Below are positions 1-12,500 of a stretch of 64,000 bases of DNA, one piece after another (the first letter of the stretch is position 1; every line of letters starts with the position of its first letter). Origin of the DNA: Tubulanus polymorphus (lineage: Eukaryota; Animalia; Nemertea); assembly GCF_964204645.1 (NCBI RefSeq), contig NC_134026.1, positions 23,780,150 through 23,844,149 on the forward strand. Reading direction: 5' to 3'. A program made the position numbers and the translations under genes. Under the pieces are notes generated by a model that had not been told where the DNA came from, ran no database searches, and was given only the letters and a program-made list of their open reading frames with translations.

Positions 1-54
1 CAACAAACGAACAAGGTAACACAATGAAATGTTATTCCAGTTATCGTCTACTAT

Positions 55-468
55 AGCCGCGTTCACACAAGATTCGGTGCTTACGAAGTACTGTACTTCG
101 CTGGTGCCAAATTCACCAAAATACGGCGCTTATACAGCCATTTACGTTCACACGAGTCGCGATTCGGCACCTTAGTAAGCCCAGTATAGTAGTCACCCAG
201 TGTGCCAATAGAGGGGAGTGTAATTAGTGTTTTATACCACGAGAATGTGAATACGCGGCCAGCTAAGCGTCCAATCTGCGTTCACACTACAGAAAATACG
301 CGGCCAGCTCAGTGCCGTACTGAGATCGGGTTTTCGGCGCGCAAACGCATTCCGCGCTTAATAAGCCGCGTATTTCAGTACGGAACTGAATAAGCCACGA
401 ATAGGTCTTGAATAATTTCTTAGTGTGAACGCTTAGTACCGTACTGAAATCCTAGTGTGAACGCAGCT
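55..468. mobile_element. Non-autonomous DNA transposon (MITE), PIF/Harbinger-like, in the presumed CLIP 3' UTR
   Basis: Terminal inverted repeats AGCCGCGTTCACAC (from 55) and GTGTGAACGCAGCT (to 468), flanked by TAT on both sides (52-54, 469-471). Internal subrepeats of GTTCACAC/GTGTGAAC and AATACGCGGC. Confidence 0.7.
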
Positions 469-575
469 TATGTCACTACTATCACTAAACAAATGTCTAT
501 TAAACACTTGTGATCAGCTGTTGCATCATACAGGAGTGATGAAGCCATTTTCTGTCCATGTAGCTGTGGAGGGGC

Positions 576-3500
576 TCAAAACGTTTGCTCGTCATCACAT
601 TCAGCAGTCCAATGATCGAATACTGAAAATCATACAAAACAAAATTGGATAATCATGAACGATGCTAAGTAGGAAGCGCAGTTTACTGTTCTTTGAATAC
701 TCTTTTTTTACCTTCACATATATCACAGTAAGGCCGTTCTTCATTTCGTTCTCCGTGATATTGAGAAGGCGGTGGACTATCATCCATCATCTGTTTCGGG
801 CAGTCTTCTGTGTCATGGCGATCAAACATGTCACATATATCGCAAAACAGACGAGGTGCTTTCTGAGGTGTATGATAGAAGCTACAGTAACAGAGGCCAT
901 ACAAAATTATTCAGTTTGTATTTAAACTATATTCTTTTTTTGCTAATAAACAGTTATTTACCTTGAATCGCGATCATTCACACCGTTTAACTGTTCTTTG
1001 CCGATTGCCATTACTTTAAGCTTCTCCGACAATTCTTCATTCTTTCTTTGCAAATCGACGATTACCGAGTTCAGAAATTCAACTTGTCCATCGGAGTTTG
1101 TGGCTGCTGAGTAGAAATGGAAACATTCTCAGTAGAATAAGAGTAAATCTCATTCAAAAATGGGTCAGTCATTCTACGTTGCTACTTACGAGCAGCATTC
1201 ATGGCAACATTGGCATTATTCTTCGATTCTTTCAACGCATTCTCCAACTGAGCTACGCGAGACTCCAAAGTACGCTTGTCAAGTTCTAAATTAGCTACAA
1301 CTGTTTTCTGTGAAGCGACAGATGAACCGTAATCACTCTTAAACGACTGAATTTGATCTCGCAGAGAATCGAGTTCAGTGTCCTTCTGTTTTAATAGTTT
1401 GGCAGTTGAATCAATGCGTTCTTGAAGATTTGTAGCCTCGGCAGCGTATTCAGAGATGGCCTCCTGCGCCCTATAAAAATGAGAATATATTTTGGATATT
1501 TGTCCACTGTACATGAAATACAACCATAACCATAACCCAAGGGAATGATCACTTACTTTTCTTTCATAGCTGACATATGACTCTTCAGCATCTCTACTTG
1601 ATCTTGAAGCTAAAATAATTATGTAAAAGGACTGAATGTCAAGAAAAGCATATCAGAAGATATCCCCCTTAAAAGTGTATCTATACCTTATTTCTCTCCT
1701 CCTCAATGTTATGTAAGCGTTTTATTTCCATCATTGTGTCTGAGTTTTCTTTCTTTGATAAATTGTACTCTTCCTCGATTTGACTCAACTGATTCCTCAA
1801 TAAATCCCTAACAAAAAAGCATTTCGAATTCAAATACGGTTACCATTAGGAACAATGTGTAGAAATTGATTTTGTTTTAGCTAACTTACGCTTGCTTCTG
1901 GTTTTCTTCAGCTAAGCCAATCTTTAGTTCTAGCTGTTCCACATTTTCCGTTTGTACAGACAAATTATGCTTCAGTGATTCATACTAAAAATAGATATCA
2001 GATTACAATCAAGTTTATCAAAAATTATTACATCTAAAAATGTTATTCATGTTTCAGTCATACCTCACGACTCTGTTCTTGAATTTGTAGATCCCTTTCT
2101 TGTAAAGATGCTTCATACTCGAGAATGGACTTTTGTAAACCATTTTTCTCCTCCAATAATGCTTCCTTCTCCTTCTGTAGATAGTTTTTGGCTTCAGTCA
2201 TCTATAAAAACATATATATATATATATATATAAATATATATCAACAAATAAAGCTACCAACGATTACACAGCCAACATCTATTGGTACGTTTCTAACAGG
2301 TAGCTTGGCCATAATCTGAACTACTCTGACCTGATCTTTTTCACTGATGATTTGATCTCTTTCGGTTGTTATTTGTAAAAGTTTATCATCTATCGAACCC
2401 TTCTCTGACATGACGGCTAACTGATTTGCTGACAACTGATCGCGTTCCACTTCGAGCTGGTCTTTTTCTAGTTTCATGGCTTCTTTCTCAGATTCTAGAC
2501 GCTTCGCTGACTTTTCAAGCTTTTCTTTCTCAAACTGTCAACAAAACGACAGCCTCCGGTCAAAGAATTGAAAAATTTATCTAAACTTCCTCATTCTACA
2601 TCTCAATAACATTACCTCAACCTCCTGTATTTGACTAGTTACTGTTTCGACAGTCTGCTTTAATTTCATGATGGTATCTGCAAGGTTGTCGAGTTCAGTG
2701 GTTTTACTGGCTAACTGGTTCTTTAAATCTTCCACTTCCTTGTCCTTCTGACTGGTGAGTTCAACGAGTTCCTGGTTGTGATCTTCAATGGTTTTTGTTA
2801 ATTTACTGTTGGATTTTTCATTTTTTTGTTGCTGCAAATCAAAGTATATCGCATATAAGATATCAACTGGTAATAAATGTATGACAATTAGAAGACTTCT
2901 ATCAGCAGTCTGACACAGAAATATAATGTAACTAGATAAGTGTTGAATATAATTCTAATTGTAAAGTTGCAGAATATAGTACATATAAGCCCACATATAT
3001 AAATAATTTTGAGCAAACTGTTTTCACAGAAGCTTTTTGCTATACGTACCAGATCTTCAAATTGTTCCTGCTGGGTTTTTATTTCTTGTTGGTGTTTTGA
3101 TAATACATTATTAAGTTCCTGTTCTGCAGCAGCTTTTGATTGTTCAAGTTCATCGCTGATTTTCTTAATTTTTTGAGAATAATTCGACAAGGCGTTTTGT
3201 GTTTCCTCCAGGTTTCTGAAATTAATTTAAAAACACTCATCTTACCGAGTGAATCATTGGAAAGTACGCATCATTTAGATGCAGAAAATAATTGTTAAAT
3301 ATTTTATGGTCAGAATGATATCGGTACTTACGAAATTTTGACAAGAATGCCTTAATATCTCAAAATCCCTTCCAAATGATACACGAATTCGTGTTTTGAT
3401 TTTTTAAATAAATTTAACAACTTCAAATGCAACAAATATCCAAATGGTAATAATACAAATGGACAATCATTTTAATCGAATTATGCGTCACAAATGCAAA

Positions 3501-6500
3501 TGTCTAGCTTATTATTTAATTATAATGATGTCTACCGGTATATATTATATTGTCGCCTTATCGTCCACTCTCAAAATACTGGACAAAGCCAGACAATAAA
3601 TGTTGAAACAAATGCGCTGTAGTTATTGAAACAAATCATTCAGCATGGGATGCTACATGCACATGTATACACATGTGCTGCATGAAATAAATGATCTGCA
3701 GTGAAATGAATACACGAGTCCTTTTTCAAAAAGTTTAGTTGCACAATTTAGATAATCTCAATAGGTAGCATACTTTTGAACCATTTCTCTTGAAAATGTG
3801 CATTAATTGCTGTAGATTTGTCAATCTCTATCGAGGAAGTGAACATGACAATGAAGATTATTGGATGAACTGAGTGTTTTTTAAAATGTCAATTAAGGCC
3901 AATAAATGTCCATGCACTACTACACTAAACCTTTGTACATGCAGTGGATGTGACAATACCACATGAAATATCAAATCTACATGTGTAAATATGAAAATGG
4001 TGACTCTGAAAATTCAATGAAACAAGTCGTCCATATTATTAGTTCAATTAATGAGAAAACCCAGGCGCAGTACAATTTAACGTACTTTCGCATAGCAAAT
4101 TTTGAAAATGATGAAAATATGATTATGTTTGGATTAGTGGCTGCAAAGCATCTTCAAACATGCAGCAGCTTACCAAGACACCAGGCAACTTTCACGAGAA
4201 GTGGATTGTTCATCCTCAGTAGTAGCGACCTCGTCATCCATTGTGGAGATCAACAGGTCACGTTTCCGTATGACGGAACGTATTTCGGGGTATGCTTCTG
4301 ATAAGCCACCCCTGTAAAAATGTCATAAATACCATTTTAAGAAAATATAATTATCTATTTCTTTCAGTTGTCATCCAATAAACTTTGTTGTCACTTCATG
4401 TCTTGTCACCTCCAGATGAAAAACAAATCAAAATTGATCATAACCTCAAAAAAATCTAGATATTGTTATGGCATGTAAAGATGAATTCAGTAAGAGGAAT
4501 TTCTTAATTAAGCATATTTTCATGCCACAACATATGATGAATTTTGATGCGCCAATAGCATTATCTAACTGAAGTCTTTCAGACCATATTTGTAAGATAT
4601 AGATCAGCAAGGTCATGCTCTGAGGATATGAAGTAGTGCATCATCTTTTTACATTTTAATTCGGATATTAATCTAATGTTAGTTTATTTTCAAACATTCC
4701 GGGAATTTATCAGAGAAAATGAATGAAAATAACAGTTAGTGAAACAGACAGATGGGATGTACATGATGTAAGCAGTACCACTTCATCCTCTCCATCATCA
4801 ACCCTTCACTCACTCGCCACAGTCACACTGCCCTTCTATTCATTCCTTCATGAAAGAGTTTCAAGGAACAATGTGCCAAATCTTGCTACTTCAAGCAAGT
4901 TGGAACAATTCAATAATGCAATAGTCATAATGGTAATAATACATAGTATAAGCACCAGATAATTGACTCAAGAGTCAAATTCTGAAAGAGTTTAAGAATA
5001 TATCTTACATTTTTTCGATTTTGACGATTTTCCCTTTAGGAATGGGAATTTTCCCTAATAAAAAGATGTCATATAAATTAGAGGCTGCAATGTGAATACA
5101 TGTGGTAAGGCTTGATTAGCGTAATTGGAGTGATTTTGATTTGATCTACAAGCAGCGATGAAAGGTTTAATGGGGTTAAGAAGGATGAAGCATGCTGCTA
5201 TATGTACATGTACAGTTCAAATATTCAAGCATTCAATATAGATGGAGACTGATGATTAGATGAATATACTGATGATTGAACATAACATCTGAAAAATCTA
5301 GAAAAACGACCACTTCAGTTCCTAGAAACAATGTCCCTCTGATCAATACTTCTCGACAACATATAAAATCACGAAAACACTAATCAACACTGTCATAATC
5401 TCACTTAAAACCAACAGTACCAAAAAGGGAAATCAAAATCAAATGATACTCTTTGAATTAAGGTTGATTGAAAAATCTTTCTACAGAAAAAAATCTACGA
5501 GTCTCAATACAGTCCAAAAGACATTCAATTGCATTAGTGAATGCTACTCCCAGAAAAAACTGTATGGAGGTAGTTCTTTCATCAACCCAAATAAATCTAG
5601 ACAAGTTAACCTGTAACAAGAATTCTAATTAATGAAGTATTTAGACGGACGTGCCCAGTACATGATTTCTATCAACACAACAGATCAGTGAATGAAGGAG
5701 AAGTGGTGAGTTCAACGAGTTTAATTATGGTAATGGAACTAGTTATTAAAAAAAGCCAAACACCGGAAAACAGTCTGTGAAAAATTCCCATGCAAAACAA
5801 ATCTGACAAATGCAAACAAACGCTCGAAAATGAAAGGCAAAACTAAAACCTAAATAAATTAAGCAAAACTCAGTCGGAAAATGAAAATGATAATGTTATG
5901 GAGACTCCCATAATCGGAATAATACCTACTGTAATTATAGACTCTGCATACAGCTAGGATATACAGAACATCAGTGGACAAGTCTTGTTTAAATACTTTT
6001 GAAAGCATTTTTCGCAGAAAGGTAATCATCATAGAATTTCTTGTATAATAAATAATTCATCAGTGGAGTGCATAAGTAGGAAAGTGTTTTGATCTGTGCT
6101 TACGGGTTGGAGCTTTTAGTAAATGGATTATGGAACATTTTATTTTGTCTGTGTGAATGCAAGATTTTTTGTTTTTAACTACCAGGGTATCATGAAGTTG
6201 ATTAAAATTTTTTTTCCAACCCTTGGTAAGTGACTCCAATGGTTGTCTATACTGCAATTGCAACAAATTAGAAAATCTAAAAAGAGGATGCTTTTACAAT
6301 AAATAAAATCATGGATCTACAAAGATAGAGTTATAGGGTATTCACAACATGTAAGAAAAATGTAGAGGAGGCAATCAACAGTTTCAAAGTGTTTTAGTTC
6401 CTATAGTTATCAAATTTCAGTGCAACCGTGCATCAATTAGTTGTTTCGACATTAAAACTGGTGTACTCATTTCTTCACTTTTTTAATTGCTTTATGAAAC

Positions 6501-9500
6501 GACTTAGAAAAACTTTGAACAAAGATTGCTAATAGAATTTTAGGAAAAGGTGTTCAGAAAAAATATTCCAATAGAATAACTGTGGGAATGAATTTAGATA
6601 CCGCACGCGAGGAAATTAGAGTGGTAGCAGATAGAATAGTATTAGGTAGTAGGCACAGCATCATAGAAGCTGATAAACAATGTGGAGTTAGAAGTTTGCA
6701 TTAGACTGAATACCGCAAAGGTTTTTGAAGTGCCAATGAAGTGATACCTGTTTGCTAAACGAATAGGTAGACACTAAATAAGATAGACAACCATTACTTT
6801 TGATCACATCTTTATCGAAATTACAAAAGCATCACAACAAAATTGGAGATTGAGGTTGTCGTGCATGCATGAGTACATTTATGCTACAATTAAAGCGTAT
6901 AATGTACTACATATCAAATCTACTAGGGGCCATTGAGTAAGCTTTCCGAAGCTTACTTTATGTGCACATTTAACTTTTTCTCTAAAACATAATGATGATG
7001 CAACTAACATTCATTCAGTACGAATGCTTATGTATATCTACCCATTTGAATAGCAAAACAATACCAGATGAAAACATTATATGATAGAATGATGATTTTG
7101 TGAGTGTGTTGTTTAGGGAATCTCCATAATAAGCAACTAACCTATCTTTTTCTCGTAACTGCTCATTCAGCAGTGATAGCTGCGTCGAGCTATCGCCCGA
7201 ATTTCGCATCAAATCGGCGATCTCATTTTCCTTAAAGAAAACAGATTGCGTGAAAAATATATAACACTCTCATCAACCGACGACACGGGGTTCATGCCAC
7301 GTACGCATGCGTACACAGCAGCGAAGTAAGGAAAGGTATACCGGCGTGGTGGGTGAGGTCTACTGTATGGGGCTCACTCGACGAATATCTACAAAGCTTA
7401 TCGCCATGTCACTCGTCTAAACAATATACGACAAAAAGTAATAAGATTAATTTAAGAAAAAAAAAAAAAAAACTTAATACAAAATGGTTACAAAACAGTG
7501 GCTTGTGCCAATTTTGATGAAAACTAATGATTTCAATAAAGATCTTGAATATGAAATAAATCATACATAAATCTATTGACATGTTAGAAGGGCTACCTGC
7601 CAAAACAGTCCTATACTGAGAAATTGTAGGTGCATGGGGATTATATGATTTGTGGATGACTCCTCCGTTCACATAGAATTAACTAATATACTGGTGGTGT
7701 ATTACACAACTTTCACAAGTGAAACTTCACGATACAAAATCAAAATCATAATAAAACATCGATTGGGCTAATATGTAATATAGTGGTATTAATGGTAGTG
7801 GTGCCAGTACCTTCTTTAAGGCATTTCTAATTTCATGATCGGCTTGACCTTCAACCTTGTGAACCGAATAACAATGAAAATGCAGCTTAATGAAATCAGT
7901 TTTTGCAACACAAGACACACAGACGAAGAGGTAATGAGAGGAAAATGGAATAAATATCGGTAAATAATCGATGGATAAACTGGAATTATAGATCAATTTG
8001 ATGAATGAATATAAAGACGTTTTTGAATAATTTGAATTCATGATCACATATTTGGGTATGTAGCAAGGAATAAATAAGTCGCCAGAAGGCCAAGTTTTGA
8101 CATCAATCCAGAGGTTAATTCAATAGACTCTCTATCAAGTCAACTACTGATTTAAAGTCAAAATACTTGGGCCAGTCGCTCAAAAAGTTGGTTAGAGTTA
8201 ACTAGTGGATAGTTGACATAGTCACAATCTGAAGTTCATTGTTACAATGGTATTAGTCCACCGGTTATCTTAAACCACCTCTTGAGCTACAGGTCCCAGG
8301 TCTATAAGATCGACTGCAATAGAATCTCATTTCAATGAATTTTAACGAAACAATACATAGAAAGCTTTGCATATAAGTGACTGGTTGAGAAATAATAAAT
8401 GTCTCTCATCATGTACAAATCAATCAGGAATTTGTCGGGAATAAATCAAAATTAAAATTTCAAATTATGGTAGAATATACAAACAAGTCATTTAAATCCT
8501 AAATGAAACAATAAATAAATTGAAGCAATATGACAAATTTAAGTATGGAATTTTTCAAACATCTTTTAATTTTTAGCTTAAATGCTGTACTTTCATCTCT
8601 CTTACTTGGTGTGTTATCAGTATTTATCTACTCTTTATCGTATCAACTTAGTAACTAATTCTACTCTCGGCACCAATTTAACAGCGCAAACAATATTTAG
8701 TGAACAAAAGCGCAATGTTCTTACTGTTAAAACAGTCTGATATTCGGGTTTTAATCTGGCGCATACTTACAAGTTTGCCCTTATCGTTGGCAAACTGTTC
8801 AATTTTTTCGTCGGCTGCTGCCAACTTGCGCTCTAATTCTGAAAATGGAAATTGTAAATTTGCTGATTTCGCAGAAAATAGATTAATTTCAGGCATATAC
8901 TATCCAATGATCCCACTTACCAGCATTTTCGAGTCGAAGTGCTTTGATTTCATTGTTACAGCGGTTGGCATTGGTATCAGTTTCTGCTAATTTGTTTGTT
9001 AAGTCTGAAATTTTGATCACAAAAAAGTGAGAGCTGCTCTAAATTCAAAACCTTGTCAATAAACTTGTATCAAACTTACCGTTGATAGTTTCCTGTTGTT
9101 TCTGATATTTTCTATCTTTCTCCTTCGACTCTTCGCTCTACAAGTACATGAACCGACGTAACGATTTATTATCTAATTATGGCAGTATTGCATTGATTTG
9201 ATTGATTGAAGTGACACAAAATCAATCTCTTCTTTCACGAAAGATTTATAGCATAATACATTTAGTAATAATTTTCTTTCATTTTAACCCTTGACAAATA
9301 ACTGAAAATGGGAGGAATAAGGATGGAAGATAGCCTTAAAACAACATGACAACACCTCAGACACCAGCCAAAGAAGAGTGACAGATCTGTGCAGTGTAAA
9401 AAACGTATCTTAAATTATACTCTCAACCCTTGTGTAGAACAATTAGATATGAACACATGAACTAATCATGTAGATTATCTAGTCATTGATCAATAAACAC

Positions 9501-12500
9501 GCAAAGGCCCCATACTTTGAAACTAGATTACTGAAAAAACCCATCTAACCAATGAAGCAGCATTATTTTCATCCCCATAAGGCCATCCATGTCAATGATT
9601 GAGAGTTGGTTCAAAAATGTGCTCGGTGAGTGATCACAACCAAAAATGAAGATAAGTTCAAGAATAGCTTTTGAAGAGCTCTTGATAAATGAATCTGGAA
9701 ACCTATGACATGGATGACTACAGAATATGAATTAACTCCATGCTTACAAAACATTAACTTAATATCCCTAAAGACACGTACGTACCTCCCCCAACCGGTT
9801 TCATAGTTCATCAATAATTACCTCCAACTGATGGAGTTCATCACTCTATATATCGATGCAATAAATGCAAATATGTTTAACAAGTGTTAGAGAAAGTGAT
9901 CTCAGATTGTCACGACGAAGCAAAGCTTGTGCGCAAGGGGGACTCTGAGCTACTTCCAAAAGAAACCGTAGTATGTGAAGTTTGTATAGCCCGAAACCAA
10001 GATACTTGTTAGTTAGGGTATAGAAAGATTGCCAATAATTTATATTTTCAATGAATTACTTAACGCAATACTTACCATTTCATTTACTTTGGTAGACAGG
10101 TCTTTCATTTCCTTATTCTTACGCGCCAGACTCTCTTCAAGTTCAGATATCTTGTTAATTTTTGCATTCAAATCTGCTGATAGGCTTGATGCCTGGAGTA
10201 TGATATCGAGAAATTCCAATCAATGATCTAATGACACACCGCCTCACAAATATTTAGTGTTAAGAAATCAAGTACCTTTCCAGAATCAGCAGCTTGACTA
10301 GTTTCTAATGATTTAAGTTTACTCTCAGTAACATTGAGCTTATGAGTAAGTTCTTCGATCTTGTCGAGATGCGCTACCGCTGAATCTTCAGCTTCTTTGT
10401 GTTTAATCTTATGTTTCTCATACAAATCCTAGGGAAAAGTCAATGGCTTTACAATAAATGGCTTTTTTACAAGAATGATTCAAAGAAATGCTAATACTCA
10501 GTACATCTATACCTTGGTAAGTTTCAATTTCCCTTCGAGATCCTCGATCTTTAAAGTTTGTTCTTTCTGCTTATTTTGTAAATCTTCAAGTTTTGCAGTA
10601 TCTTCCTCCGTTTTAGACTGAAACGCAAGTGAATAAATTTCATGTAAATGTGAAATACAAAATCTTCAGATGTAAGAAGTCATAAAAGGATTTGAAACCG
10701 ATCGTACTGAGACAGCTTTCTAACACAAGGTGCGAATCCCTGTCTTAACCAAGTAGTCATTTCAATGATAAACATAACAATGATATGGCAGGGTTTCATT
10801 CTGTGATAGAATCTGATGCTCATCAGTTTTAGGGATAGTCAACAAACCTCGAGATCTCCTTTATCGATTTCTTCTTCTTCCATACGGAATTGGAGGTCTT
10901 CAACTTTTCTACAAGAGGACACAAAAAGAGATTACAAAAGGGAAATTAAACCTGTATCTATTGTTTCATCCCACAAAATCATCACCTCTTTTCCTCTTCG
11001 TATTGGGCCAAAACATCATTTTTCTCGGTCTCCATTTTCTCAACAAGCCCCCGTAATTTGGACAAGTTTTCTTCATTTTCACTGACATATCGCTCGTGCT
11101 CTTGTTTTAATTGTGCTAATTGAGCTTCGGCCTGCAAAATTAAATTAAGTAGAATTTGTAGATATCAATACATGTAAAACATGTTCAAATGCACAAACAG
11201 AAAAAAAGGATGGAGCTTTTGCGGGAAAAATAGGTAACCTACATCATCTACTTGTGCGGCTGCACGTGCAACTTCTGACCGTTCTAAATCACGTTCTTTC
11301 AGAAGCTGTTCAATGTGTTCTTCCTTTTCTTTCAGTGCTTTCTAAATTATAGAGAATATTCAAGACAAATGAGTAAAATGTGTTCAAAAATTTAGTTCTA
11401 CCAAAATAGACGAAACAGATACTAAATATTCTACAGTAAGGATTAGCATTTAAATACTAAACTGAATAATAAGTATTCATAAATGAATCTATTCACAATA
11501 GCTTAACATATTTAGTTTACGCAGTGTTCCCAGCACCAATAAATATATCGCTTTTACTGAGAGAACTGGAATAATCAGAAACAGATTGAACATTTAAAAA
11601 ATCTCTTTGGTTTTTTTAAGTGAATTTATGTTAATAGAAAAAGGCAGACAACGCAGTTGAGGGTAATAAGCTGTACACGTGGTAACAATATCGGTTTTGC
11701 CTTCAAAATCATGTATTATGTAACTGAAAGGTGAATTCAATATTCACAGAATCATCCATTCTGTGAAACAATTTAATTCGAATGTTACCAATCAGTTATG
11801 AAGGATGTTGGACAGTTATTTCGTCAGCATTCTCACCTGTAAAGCTGAGGTAGTAGCACTCAGACTAAGGGTACTCGGCCGTGGACTCGACTTGGCCTGT
11901 TAGCGATCAAGCAAAGAAAGATTAGGTTCATATTACAACTAGATATGTTTATATATAATGTACGTGATAAAACACAGATAAGCCACACCCACAAAAAACA
12001 AGAAGCACAAAGATAAAAAGTAAGATTAAACGTTCTACGCAGGTTATATACTTCAGTAGCTGGATTATACCTCTCTTATAATCAAATATCCTACGTGGTA
12101 AAAGTTCTCATTGTACAAGCTTAATAGACTATAAAGGTGAATTCGTATTGAAGTAGAAAGTTCAATTCTGATGTGCACCCATGACCAGACAAAAAAAGGA
12201 ATCAGAATAAGTCATAAATTCATCGAGAGATTCTGAGAAAGAAAGTAACCGAAGTGCTGCTGGGCGATATATACGCTGCCAATGACGATGATAACAATAA
12301 ACTGCAGCAGCCCTGTAGATGAGTCATGAATCCCTATGAACCAAGAAATAAAAACCAATTGATGTGTCACAACTTAACAGCGTGGAATCTAGCAACTCAT
12401 CGTTCACTCAGTCATGGGTATGATAAAAATAGAAAAAAATATTCAGTATAAAAAGAATAGTTTTGAGGGAATTTTATCTTCCTATAGAAAACTGCTCCAA

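Noticed and set aside
10690-10840. Minus-strand CTGATGAG...GAAAC as a hammerhead ribozyme or C/D snoRNA in a CLIP intron
   Set aside because: Stem II is offset from the core, no stem I partner or valid NUH site was found, and the C/D box spacing is unconvincing.
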